From the NCBI GenBank assembly GCA_043228905.1, contig JBHGNT010000004.1, forward strand, positions 6,944,001 to 7,008,000: a DNA stretch of 64,000 bases. Direction: 5' to 3'. The notes beneath the pieces are model-generated. The model was not told where the DNA came from and made no database searches. It saw only the letters and a program-made list of their open reading frames with translations. Below, one piece after another: positions 51,502 to 64,000 of this stretch. Positions within the stretch are counted from its first letter, which is position 1. Each line of letters opens with the position of its first letter. Source of the stretch: Azolla caroliniana (taxonomy: Eukaryota; Plantae; Polypodiophyta). A program made the position numbers and the translations under genes.

Positions 51502-52330
51502 TATTGAGAAGCAAGCTCAACAAAGGTATGTGATGCTTATTGAGAAATAAGCTATAGTAGCTATTAGCTAATTAGCTACTAGTGGACATAAAGGTGAAAC
51601 AACTATTTAGCTATGCACAACTATTTAGCTACTGACAACTATTTAGCTACAGACAGCTATTTAGCTACAGACAGCTATTTAGCTACTGGCAGCTAATTAG
51701 CTGCATATATAAGTCACTTATGTACTTAGGTAAAAAGTAAGTGTAGTAAGTAGAAAAGTAAGAGTAAGAGTGAGAGTAGTGCAAAGAGTAAGAACAAAAA
51801 ACAGAAAATACACGAGAGCGAGTTGAGCTCTGCGTGTAATGAAGTAGAAGCTTTTTGGACTGTGCAGAGGTAAGCCTCCTTCCCCTTCCCCTTTTCTGCC
51901 TTGAGCACTGAATGATCCAGCACATCACGATCCGTTGTGCACATAGAAGAGCCGCAGCGACTTCGTAACATGGTATAAGAGCAGAGTTCCTCATAAAGAA
52001 GATTAGAACAGTACAGATATGAGAAAGGTTGTTTCTCTGTTTGCTAATCTGAATCAGAGAGAGAGTTGTCTATGAAGTTAACCATAATTTGAAAGAGAAA
52101 ATGGCTACAGAGAATGCAAGCCAAATAGTCACAAAAAAACTAGATAAAAACAATTTCCCGGCGTGGAAATTTAGAATGACAAACTTCCTTATGGGGAAAG
52201 GATACTGGGATTATATTGAAGGAGACCTAGAAGAGGCTCCAGAGATCCCTGAAGAAAATGCATCTGTTACACAGATTAAAGCATTTAAGGAATGGAACCA
52301 AGGGGGCAAGAAAGGTATTGCATTGGTTGT
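51502..52330 (+). mobile_element. copia 5' LTR (51502-51970), PBS and gag start, interrupted at 52330
   Basis: TATTGAGAAGCAAGCTCAAC start, CTATTTAGCTA repeats, PBS TGGTATAAGAGC at 51971, ORF KLDKNNFPAWKFRM...GYWDYI. Confidence 0.8.
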
Positions 52331-53361
52331 TGTTGAGCGAGCAAGCTCAACCGGATTCGGATCGGGTGAATAAGCCTGACCCGAATCGGCATCTAGAAGG
52401 ATGAGCCAGATCGGTATCCGGATGGTATCCGGAAACAACCGGCCGGATCGGAGAGCTGGATTTGAGCGGGAATCAGAAGCCTAGTAGTAGCCTAGACTAC
52501 TAGGTAATCATTTTCTCGTAGTTAGTGTCAGTCGCACGTGTGAGCATTGAAGTACCTGTCAGTACTTCTGTCAGTCCTTTATGGACTTGTACAAATAGTG
52601 TTGTTTAGCACGTTGTATGTACAGAGTTTTAGAGTTAATTTTTTAATATAGTTTTATGTTCTGCTCTCTCTGTCTCCTCTGTGTTTGAAGCTTTTCCATT
52701 AAACCTTCATCTCATTTTCTGTTGCTATCTGGATGAGCTGGTTTAGTCTGATGCTTCCGCACATTAACATTCACATGGTATCAGAGCGCGAGGGTTGAGA
52801 ACCTCTGCAGCCGACATTTGCTTCCGTAGACGAACCCTAGAACTCGGTAACAACAAATAGAGAGAAGATATGGATAGAGGAATGGCGATTTCACTTCCAA
52901 CAGAGAAGCTCGACCGGAGCAACTATGCGTCCTGGTCATATAAAATGCACCAATACATGTTGGGGCATGGATATTGGAGCTTCGTGGAAGGAACAAATGA
53001 AGTATCATTAGAGCCATCACACAAAGACTTCTCGGTATGGGAGCAAGGAGCGAGTCGGGTACATTATTGTCTTGCGTCCGGTGTGCATGATCAAATGCTC
53101 AGCTACATCAAGGATGCAAAGACGTTGAAGGAGGACTGGGAAAATCTACGGAAGATTTTTGCCACAAGTACCACAACTCGTAAGTTGCAACTCCGGCAAG
53201 AGCTGAACAACATCCGGCAAAGAGACATGTCGGTTACGGACTACACCACCAAGATAAAGGAGATTTTCGATGCACTCGGGTCCATCAACGTGACGGTGGA
53301 CAAAGACGAAATGGTACAAATCTGCCTCGGTGGTCTAACGCAAAGGTACGGGTCAATCCGG

Positions 53362-54417
53362 TGTCATGGCGTGGCTCTCCTAGAAGCGTATCGTTGCGTA
53401 GACAAAAGATATCGTGAAAGTGAGGAAGGAATCACTGGGATTATGGACGGAAGAGACAAAAGAGTAGAGATAGAGTAAATAGAGATCAACAAGATATGAC
53501 AAGATGGGATATAGAATGATATTTGAAGGAATGAAAGAAACTTATAATTATTTGATGAATGAGTTACAAAATGATTGTGAGCATCGTTGAACCTTCGAGC
53601 TTTGTCTCACAAGGTAATCGCTCTTCTCTTTCTTGATGGTAGACCATAGTCTTCCCTTCAATCTCTCGACAAGTATAAGACTCGAACCGCCGCCCTTCTG
53701 TTGCGAGTTGAGAACCACCACCCCCAAGCTAGTTCTTCTTTTCTCTTTTAAGAATACCTTTCTCTGTCTCTTTCTCTATTACAATATATCTTTCTCTAGA
53801 TCCAATATAATCATTTCCATCTTATTTCTTGGTTTCCTTTTGTCTATACTTCCTTCTCCTTTTATAGGGAAGAGATGGTTCTACATGTGGGCCATGTGGC
53901 GCACATGCAAAGAGGCTCTTGCATGTGTGCTATATGGTGCACATGTAGCACGTTTGATGGTTTAAACCATATAATACTACTTAAATGAAAACAAGAAAGA
54001 CGTGCACATTTACATGCATTATAAGTATAGGCTAAATGGTAAGGTTTGAATGCCATAACATTGAGGTTGTTGGTTCAAGTCCTCTTTTGCCAATGTAATT
54101 TTGTGCATGTATTATATTACATGGTTTAGACTATAAAATACTACTTCAAATCATATATTATTTTGTAAATTATTAGTATAGGCTAAATGGTAACCTTTGA
54201 GTGTCATAAGGTAGGGTTTATTAGTTCAAGTCCTTTTTTGTCCATGTAATATAATATATATATTTTTTTTTTTATAATAGATATATATATATTTGTCTCT
54301 ACATATAATGTATAATATTATCATAGTATGTTATTAACATTATAAAGGTTTATTTTATTTTCATTACGTATTTATCTTATTGTGGATTTTAATGTGAAGC
54401 TTTCGTACTTCACAACA
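53362..54417 (-). repeat. Solo LTR (1056 bp) with 4-bp TSD CCGG/CTGG
   Basis: TGTCA...TTCACAACA; removing it restores gag SIR-TTICT. Confidence 0.82.
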
Positions 54418-57311
54418 CTGGACAACAATTTGCACCTGGGCGAAACCACTGTCCTTCTTCGACTTGCAATCGATGTTGATGGTCAAAGAAAACCACGCGA
54501 GTGGGTCAAGGACCACTCAATCGGACGGCCGGATGTTGTACACGGAGACAGATCGGCCCCATGGATGTGGTGGACGAGGTGGGTCGGCACGCAATGGAGG
54601 CGGCCAACAAGAGCAGGACCGGAGACATAGAGGATGTGCCGACAGCAGTTCCGGACCCTCCACAAGCAGGGGGAGTCAAAGCGGCGCCGAGAACCGGCAA
54701 GGAAAGGCCGACACGAAATGTTGGTATTGTGGCAAAAAGGACCATAGGGAAAGCGAGTGCTGGAAGAAGCGCGTCGATTTGGACAAATTCGGATCTAGGA
54801 AAACCGGCCGGGAGAACCGGCAAAGCTCGCACTACGTAGAAGGATCAGAAGGCCCCAGAACCAGGAAAATCGGCAAAGGGCCAGCCTTTGTGATGAAGCA
54901 CAAGGCTAACTCGATGAAGAAGACTACTTTTGGATCGGAGGAAGTATGGTACGTTGATTCCGGAGCGTCCAACCACATGACGAGCCATGAAGAGTGGTTC
55001 TCTTTTTTGGAGAAACCGGAACAACCGGGGATTGTCGAAACCGGAGACGACACCCCTCACCCGATTGTGCATGTCGGAGAAGTCCCTTTAAGCCATGTCG
55101 GACAAAAGGGGAAGTTGATGAACGTACTACATGTTCTAACTATCATGTTGAGAATCAAGCTCAACTTGGTCTAGTGTGTGAACTCACCTTGAGAGTGAAT
55201 AGACACTCCAACGGTCAAGAGTCACCATTATGTCACCACTTTGTATTCTAGCATTTAGTATGAGTCATAAAATCATATTCTATGACACATAACTTATGAG
55301 CTTTCACATTCCCCATGCTCTATGAGTCTTGTAGTTAATGAAGAGAGAGGGTGACTATATAAAGCACCCTCCTCCCACCTTGTATTTTGTCGAGTCTTTC
55401 TCCTTTGTTAATATACTTTACCTTGCGTATTCTCTGTGTCTTACTCCTTGTCTCTCTCTCACTCTCTCTCCCTCTCTCATACACACACACAGTTCATATC
55501 TATTCCGTTGCACAGAATCCATCTTTTGATTCTTTACATGGTATCAGAGCGACTTGGTAGCTCGATCTAGCCCATCTGTGTGCATTGTGTCCTACGCCGA
55601 CGACCAAGAACCAGCTCATCGCCATCGTAGCTTCGCTACATAGCTCACATTCGAAGAGAGAAGAAGAAGAAGAAGAAGAATCGACATAATGAATACTCAA
55701 ATGGGGAGCGCTCTCCCTACAGAGAAGTTGGATCGAAACAACTTCGCATCTTGGGAGTACAAGATGCACCAATACCTTGTCGGACAAGGCTATTGGAGCT
55801 ACATCAAAGGAGCACACGAAGACCGACCCGTTGAAATGGCTCCCGGATACGTGACATGGGAGCAAGCCACAAGCCGCGTGATGTATTGCTTGGCGACATG
55901 TGTTCGCGATCACATGCTCAGCTACATTCGCGAAGCCAAGACGCTGAAGGAGGCATGGGAAAATCTACGAAAGATTTTCGCGGTGAACACAACCACAAGA
56001 AGGCTTCAACTCCGCCGAGAGTTGAACAACATTCAACAAAGGGACATGTCCATCACGACATACACCTTGAAGATCAAGGAGCTTTGCGACTCGCTCGGCT
56101 CGATAAGCGTAAATATCGATGATGATGAGATGGTGCAAATATGCCTCGGCGGCCTCGCACCACGGTTCGGCGCGATGCGAACCGCCGTTTTAGCAAGGGA
56201 GAAATCTCCCTCCTTCTTCGAGCTCCAATCAATGCTATTGGTCAAAGAAAACCACATGCGTACAAGGAGCAATGAGTCGGAAGGCCACGTGCTCTACACG
56301 CACTCGAACGGAGGAAGAGCACGCGGACGAGCGAGATGCCGATTCGGCCAAGGACAAGGCGGACGAGGTCTAACCTACGACAACAACTCCCAATTTCGGC
56401 CGTAAAATGGAAGCCAACGAGGAACCTTCGCAAGAAGGGGGAGCTTCCACTCTGGCCCGAGCCGTCAAAACGCAACCAAATGCGGATATTGCGGATATTG
56501 CGGAAAGCTCGGCCACCACAAAGAAGAGTGCCAAAAGAAGATGCACACATCGGCTTCCACAAGCCGACAACTCACGAATTACACGCACAATTACGACTAC
56601 GATGAGTATAGCGGAATGTACGGGCACAACTCCAACTACGAAGATCGTGGTGGAATGTATGCACACAACTTCGACCGTGGCGAAATGTTCATGATGAAAC
56701 ATAGAGCAAACTCTATGTCGGCCTCTACCTCAACTAGTGCCTTCAATCCGGAGGATGTATGGTTTGTTGACTCCGGAGCCTCAAACCATATGACATCTCA
56801 TAAAGAATGGTTTCTCAAACTTCGAGAGTCAGAGTGATCTAGTTATGTCGAAACCAGAGATGACACTACGCGCCCGATTCGGCACATCGGCAATGTTCCG
56901 TTGGGGTACACAAACGCCGATTGGGTCGGCACAAAAACCGATAGAAGATCAACCTCTGGATTTGTTTTTTCCCTTGGCAGCGGAGCAATATCTTGGAGCA
57001 AAAAAAAGAAACCAATTGTCGCTCTTTTGAGCATAGAGGCAGAATACAAGGGCGCGGCAGTGGCCGCATGTGAAGCGATATGCCTCAAAAGGATACTCAA
57101 GGATCCGGGCGTACCCATCAAGGATCCGACTTCCCTTTACTGCGACAACATGAGCAATATCTATCTGGCTCAGAACCCGGTGTTCCACGCACGGACAAAA
57201 CACATCTGTCAGGAACAGTACTGAGACAGAGAAGGAATTAGTACTAAACGAAGGATTAGTACTATGAGAGGTGTGGAACTTCTTCGAGAGAAGAAAGAAG
57301 TGAGCGAGACG

Positions 57312-57344
<33 letters not shown>

Positions 57345-57642
57345 TGAGTGAGTGATGATAAGAAAGATATGTATTATATGAAGAGAATATACAATGGTGG
57401 CTAAAAGGCTTAAGACTGGCGTTGAACCAATTTGGTTCAATATAATGCCTAGTGCCCTCTTTTATAGTGTTTTCAAGAGTAATCCTGAAGCTTCTAGAAT
57501 GTTCCAGAGAAATCTGGAATATACACTAATTTCCTATAATAAAATGTAAATGAAAATAATATCCTACGTATTACAATAGATGATCTAATGGTCAAGAGCT
57601 CGACCCATATAACCTTAGGTCATGGGTTCAAGTCTTGCCATA

Positions 57643-60600
57643 TCATGACACTATCCCCCCTTTAAAACGACGAGTGATACGAGTCATCTTGGATTGAGGA
57701 CCTGGTTTGTGTGGATATTGACGATGGAAGTCTTCAAGAAGAGCACGAGCATTGGTCACATTCTCGATCAGTTCCCAAGTACGTTCGCTGGGGCTATAGC
57801 CTAGCCAATCGACTAGATAGTAGAGCTTGTTGCGAACAATCTTGGAATCAAGGATGGCGGCAACCTCATACTCCGGCCCATCTTCAAGCTCGATCGGGGG
57901 TGGAGGTTGGATAAGACGTCCTAGGATGGTGCTCTCGTGGTAGGGTTCGAGGAGAGAACTATGAAACACCGGATGTATCCGAAGTCGAGGAGGTAGATCG
58001 AGACGAAAAGCGACATCATTAATCTGTCCAATAATACGGAAAGGACCTAATCGCCGATAATCTAATTTCTCACATGGACGAGTAGTCTTGATGTGTCGTC
58101 GTAGCAGCCACACCCGATCTCCAATATTAAAACTGGATGGAAGTCGATGACGATCTGCGTAGACCTTGTGTGTTTGTTGAACTTGTTGGAGATGAGTAGA
58201 TAAATCCTCTTGTATCTTGCATAACTGCTCCAAACGATCCTCCGCACACGGATTTGTGGACACCTCTGGGGTTTCAAGTACGCTCCATCGGGGGTGACAT
58301 CCCGTATAAGCATAAAATGGCGTAACTTTAGTGGATGCGTGGATAGAGTTGTTATAGGCAAATTCGGCGAAGTGGAGAATATCTGCCCAGTCATCTTGAT
58401 GATAGCTGAGAAAGCACCGCAGATACTGCTCCAGTGTTTGATTTGTTCGTTCAGCTTGGCCGTCGGTTTGTGGGTGGTAGCCGAAGGAGAGGTTACAAGT
58501 GACCTTGAGCATGTTAAAAAGGTGCTTCCAGAATTTTGACACGAACTGGAGTTCACGGTCGCTAATGATACTATCGGGAAGTCCATGATGCCGACATACT
58601 TCACGCATGACAATTTTGGCAGTGTCTTCACTGGAGATCTCCTTAGTACATGGCAAGAAATGAGCCATCTTCGTATATCAATCGACCACCGTTAGAATCG
58701 CATTGAACCCCTTAGAGACTGGACGATCTGTGATGAAGTCTAGAGCAATGGATTGCCACGGTTTGCTTGGAATTGGTAATGGTTCTAATAAACCATATGG
58801 ATGATGCCTTGGCATTTTCGCTTTGCAACATGTATCACAAGTCCGAACAAAATCCTCGACAAATTGTCTCATACAGGGCCACCAGAATGTTCGTTGTACT
58901 AAATGTAATGTTTTAGTACTACCAAAATGCCCAGCTGTATATGTGTCATGACAGTTTTGTACTACTCGAAGGCGGCAAGAACCATTAGGAACATACAAAA
59001 GTTCTTTAAAGAAGAGTAATCCATCATGGTATTTGAATTGCCGATAGTCCGTACCTGGTGGTTGCGACTGTGAACACGATGCTCGAGAGGGATCAATTTG
59101 TGCTAGTATAGCTTGGGCGAACGCATCTGTCTTCAAGTCTTCACGTATGGTATCGATAACGTGGGAATCCATAGGCATGTCAAATATCTGTGTTGCTTGT
59201 AGTCGTGCCGGTCCCAAGATGACTTGTTTTTGGTTATCGAAAGCTGGCTCGCCGGGACGGGGTGCTAGATACGAAGGCCGTGATAATGCATCTGCCTTCC
59301 CTTGGTGCCTCCCCGGACGATATGTAATTTTGAAGTCGAAACGCGTGAGGAAGTGGGTCCACCGAGCTTGACGTCGATTCAACACACGAGCATCCTGAAA
59401 GTAGGCAAGATTCTTGTGGTCACTAAATACGGTGACTGGATGAGAGGATCCCTCCAGAAAATGCCTCCATTGCATAAAAGAATTCACTATTGCCAATAGC
59501 TCCTTATCATGAATTTCGTAGTTGATTTCGGCAGAGTCAAACTTGTGTGAGTGAAAAGCCACAGGATGTAGCTTCTCATCATTCACCTGTTGTGACAAAA
59601 TGCTCCCCAATGCAAAATCCGATGCATCAGCTTCGATAATGAATGGTTTTTCCGGATCGACATGAGCTAGAATTGGAGCCGATGTAAATGCCTTTTTAAG
59701 ACTCTCGAAAGCCATGTCCGTTTCTTCAGACCAGATGAACGGTTGTCCCTTCCTGGTAAGTTGTGTGAGAGGTAGAACGATCTTTGAGTAATCTTATATG
59801 AACTTCTGGTAAAAATTGGCAAAGCCTAAGAAGCATTGCACATCCCGCACCGAACACAGAGTCTGCCATTCTACCACCGTTTTGACCTTAGCTGGGTCCA
59901 TGGAGATGCCTTCTGACGAAATGATGTAGCCGAGAAATTCCACTTGGTTGCACCCAAAACTACATTTTTCCAGCTTTGCATACAGACCATGTTCTCAAAG
60001 TCATTTTAGTACTAATAGTACATGAGAATCATGTTCTTCTTGGGTCTTTGAATAAACCAGTAGATCATCCAAATAGATGATCAAACAATCATCCAATAGA
60101 TCTCGGAATATATCATTAGCCATGTGCTGGAAGACTTCCGGCGCATTAGTGAGGCCGAACGGCATGACCATATACTCGAAGTGCCCATATCTGGTGCGAA
60201 ACGCGGTCTTCCATTCGTCTCCTGGTCGGATCCGTACGAGGTTATATGCTCCCGGTAAGTCGATCTTCGTGAAGAACCTAGCACCATTGATCCGTTCTAA
60301 AAGACTTGAGATAAGGGGAAGAGCATACCTATTCCTGATTGTAACCTTATTCAAGCCACGGTAATCTACAACGAGACGAAGCGATCCATCTTTTTTCTTG
60401 ACGAAGAAAATGGGCGCGCCGGCTGGAGATTTTGAATGCCGAATGAAACCATTTTCCAAATTCTCCTCTATATAGGCCCGAAGGACTTCCAGCTCGGTTG
60501 GTGACAAATTGTAGATCGGTCCCCATGGCGGCTCTTTTCCCGGTTGTAAATCGATGGGGCAATCGTACGGTCGATGATGAGGAAGTGTGTTGGCTTGTAC

Positions 60601-61200
60601 TTTATCGAACACATCGGCGTAATGACGATACTTCTCAGGAAGTTGAACGGTGGATTCTTCTTTAGTGGTGCTGGAGGGGTTTACTGATATTGCAAAGAGG
60701 AACATTTCCTCCTTGCACCCTTCTTTACGCAACTGACGTAGCGAAATGGTTGCCATCTTCTGAGTTGACCCTTGGGTTTGTCGACACTGGATTTCTCTTG
60801 TTCTCCAATCTATGTCTGGGTTATGTAACTCAAACCACGGTAATCCTAAAACTATAGGATGTTCTGGGATACTAATAATATTAAATGATACTACACATGC
60901 TAAGTTATCTAGGACAATATTAATGGGCTCTGACTCTTCTATGATATTTCCGGAAGCAATGAAACGTCCATCAATGACTATTACAGAGGCTGGACACTGG
61001 AGTTTTCTTAGGGATATCTTATGAGCTTGAGCAAATTTATTATCCATAAAGCAAGAGTTAGCTCTGGAATCTAGGAGTGCTAGGACATGTACTGGAGGGG
61101 TACTTTTAGTACTAACTATTACTTGGGCTACGAACACATCACTAACTTGCTTAGAGGGAATGGAACCACTAATGGGCTTCACAGATCTAGGGTTGTCCAA
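57643..61200 (-). pseudogene. pol: Chromovirus pol (PR-RT-RH-IN-chromodomain) with in-frame stops
   Basis: ORFs 60001-61200, 58678-59715 and 57643-58668 are in one frame, separated by stops. Confidence 0.92.
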
Positions 61201-61364
61201 CCAAACGGCTCCTATTTTGGCTGGACTTAGTCGTTTAACTCTTCTTCTAACTGACTAAGGACATCAAATTTGTTTGCTAGATCTGGGATATTAGTACTAT
61301 TAGGACTATCGGATATCCCTACTGAAATAGGCTCGGGTTTAGTACTAGCGACTATTTGGTTTAC

Positions 61365-62369
61365 CTATCTTCTTGGCCTATGGGGGCAATTTATTGCGAT
61401 ATGTCCTGGTCCACCGCAGTAAAGACATAGTCGATTTGTACAGCATCGCTGCTTTTCTTCTTCAGATAATGGCCCTCGACGACATGTAGTGTCAATCTCC
61501 ATCGGAGTCGGAGTATTCGTTGGAGGCGCATTATATGACTCCCTCGGAAAAGGTCTTGCTACCACTGAGGCATAGGTGGGCTCTGATCTTGCCCTCGGCA
61601 TCTGTAGCTGTCGTTCCGAACGTCGCTCAAAGAGGCGGTTGTCACATCTCACCGCACGACTGATTGCTTCTGTTAAGGACTTTGGCTCTTCGGGGAAGGT
61701 CAAGAGTAAATCCTTGATGTCGTTGCGTAAACCATAACGGAGTTGCTCCATCAACGCTTGATCATCCCAAGTGATATCGGCGGCGAGTAGGCGAAAATCT
61801 GCAGCGTATGCGGAGGCTGGACGGTCACCTTGGCGTAATCGCCGGATTTTGTTGATTGCGGTCCTGATGTTGTCAGTATCTCCAAAACATGCTTTAAACT
61901 CACCTAGAAACTCTTCAAAATTGTTGAGTAACGGAGATTCCTTTTCTAATAGTGGAGCGAACCATGACAACGTTGAGCCACTTAACAAAGTGCCTACTAA
62001 ACCCACTCGTGATGCATCGGTGGGATATCAGGAAGGATGCATTTGAATAACTAATCATACCTGGTTAAGGAACCCTCTCAACTGCGATTGCGTTCCATCG
62101 AACTTCGTGGGAAGGCCAATCTTGGGCTCTTTATGAATCCCTTGTGTTCCGAGCCCTTGTTGTTGCATCGCTACGATGGTTGCTTCGACTTGTTGCACGC
62201 GTAACGCAAGTTCCCCATGTTGTTGTTGCGTTTGCTGCTTTTCTAAGGAGATTTGCTGAAGATCCCCTAGCAACCGTTGGTTTTCTTGTTCCAAAGCATG
62301 GAACTTCTCCTTCAAGCATTGAAATTCCAAGAAAACAGATTGATATTCTTCAGCGCTAACAGTGGCCAT
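61365..62369 (-). pseudogene. gag: Chromovirus gag with in-frame stops
   Basis: ORFs 62055-62369 and 61365-62006. Confidence 0.88.
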
Positions 62370-64000
62370 GGGATGAAAGAAAAGAGGAATAAAAGATTAG
62401 TAGGAAATGAGAGAGATAGAAGGTAGGGAAAATTGGTTCAAACTGTCAGGAACAGTACTGAGACAGAGAAGGAATTAGTACTAAACGAAGGATTAGTACT
62501 ATGAGAGGTGTGGAACTTCTTCGAGAGAAAGAAGAAGTGAGTGAGACAGAGAGAAAGAGAGAGATTGAGAGAGAGAGAGAGAGTGATGATAAGAAAGATA
62601 TGTATTATATGAAGAGAATATACAATGGTGGCTAAAAGGCTTAAGACTGGCGTTGAACCAATTTGGTTCAATATAATGCCTAGTGCCCTCTTTTATAGTG
62701 TTTTCAGGAGTAATCCTGAAGCTTCTAGAATGTTCCAGAGAAATCTGGAATATACACTAATTTCCTATAATAAAATGTAAATGAAAATAATATCCTACGT
62801 ATTACAATAGATGATCTAATGGTCAAGAGCTCGACCCATATAACCTAAGGTCATGGGTTCGAGTCTTGCCATATCATGACAACATCGAAGTGCACTATCA
62901 CTTCATCCGAGAGCGTGTTCTAGCTGGCGATGTCGACCTACAACACATTAGCACAAATCTTCAAACGGCCGACATCTTCACTAAAGCCTTAGGAGCCGAG
63001 AAGCTGTGGCAATTCATGACCGATCTTGGATTGACGATCCCTGACCTGCCAAGCTTGAGGGGGAGTATTGAAGACACTACACAATAACGCGTGGATTCCA
63101 CAACTGTTCAACGAAGCCGCGAAGAGCCGATCTACCACACAAAGCTGCAAAGAAAGACGCAAGACGAAGCACAGACTTTGCAACTACGCACAACGCAAGC
63201 TGGAGCACGGATTCCGCAACTCCGCATAAATGTGAGTCAACGCGGACTCCGGAATGCGAGTCGAAGTGGATTCTGGATACCGTCTGAAACCGACCCGACT
63301 TGAGCTTGAGGGGGTGTCTTGAGAATCAAGCTCAACTTGGTCTAGTGTGTGAACTCACCTTGAGAGTGAATAGACACTCCAACGGTCAAGAGTCACCATT
63401 ATGTCACCACTTTGTATTCTAGCATTTAGTATGAGTCATAAAATCATATTCTATGACACATAACTTATGAGCTTTCACATTCCCCATGCTCCATGAGTCT
63501 TGTAGTTAATGAAGAGAGAGGGTGACTATATAAAGCACCCTCCTCCCACCTTGTATTTTGTCGAGTCTTTCTCCTTTGTTAATATACTTTACCTTGCGTA
63601 TTCTCTGTGTCTTACTCCTTGTCTCTCTCTCACTCTCTCTTCCTCTCTCATACACACACACAGTTCATATCTATTCCGATGTACAGAATCCATGTTTTGA
63701 TTCTTTACATATCTCAAAGAACCTGTTGTCGGTTGGACAAATCGTCAACCAAGGGATGCAGGTGTGGTTTATACACCTAGGGTGCTTCATCGAGGAAGAG
63801 GGCCGGATAATTGTGCAAGGGCGCGGAGACGGGAGGATGTTCATCCTCAACACTAATGATGTCGGCACCGCTATGTTTGCGAAAGGGCAGAAGGTCGAAT
63901 CAGACATCGACCTATGGCACATGTCAATTATCGGAGGCTTCAAGACCTGCAATCGAAACAAGTCGTTTTCGGTTTGCTGAAATTTAGCGGCCGGAAGGTC

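Larger units (their letters stand above)
57207..62881 (-). mobile_element. Full-length Tcn1/Tf1-like chromovirus with a group-I chromodomain; ORFs carry premature stops
   Basis: LTRs 57207-57650 and 62444-62881, perfect TSD ACATC, PPT at 57651-57663. gag (GTLLSG..LSWF, CLYCGGPGH), RT YLDD, RH, IN, chromodomain EYEVAAILDS...YLVDWLGY...TWE. Confidence 0.95.
55146..63709 (+). mobile_element. Internally deleted copia (gag-PR joined to RNase H; no IN or RT)
   Basis: 393-bp LTRs at 55146-55538 and 63317-63709 (about 6 mismatches), TSD TATCA/TATCT, PBS at 55539. Sequence jumps at ~56900 from HIGNVP to GYTNADW. Confidence 0.92.
52331..64000 (+). mobile_element. copia element running off the window, interrupted twice (53362-54417 and 55146-63709)
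   Basis: LTR 52331-52775, PBS at 52776, gag 52870-53361, gag/PR 54418-55145, then resumes at 63710 (ISKNLLSVGQ...LWH). Confidence 0.88.

Noticed and set aside
57577-57645. Functional tRNA gene
   Set aside because: Acceptor and anticodon stems do not pair; reported only as a tRNA-like cassette.

Overview
This is eukaryotic, gene-free, fully transposon-derived DNA. The element types suggest a non-seed land plant such as a fern (inference). Most of the window is a deep nest of LTR retrotransposons: several Ty1/copia elements (one with an intact 1344-aa ORF), a tRNA-Trp-primed non-chromovirus Ty3/gypsy family with 4-bp TSDs, a very young 19.2-kb chromovirus (15253-34491) and a self-priming Tcn1/Tf1-like chromovirus (57207-62881). 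The standout is a 12.2-kb Sola2-type DNA transposon (15744-27926; 26-bp GGG TIRs, perfect ACTA TSD) inserted just behind the PBS of the young chromovirus. It carries an intact 3-exon, ~813-aa DDD transposase. It also carries a convergent multi-exon accessory gene (~920-950 aa: unknown domain, coiled coil, RING-H2, acidic repeats). The large intron of each gene is filled with AGTACT-rich tandem arrays, a layout reminiscent of VANDAL/VANC anti-silencing elements. Coordinates, splice models and mismatch counts were derived by eye; family names need HMM/phylogenetic confirmation.
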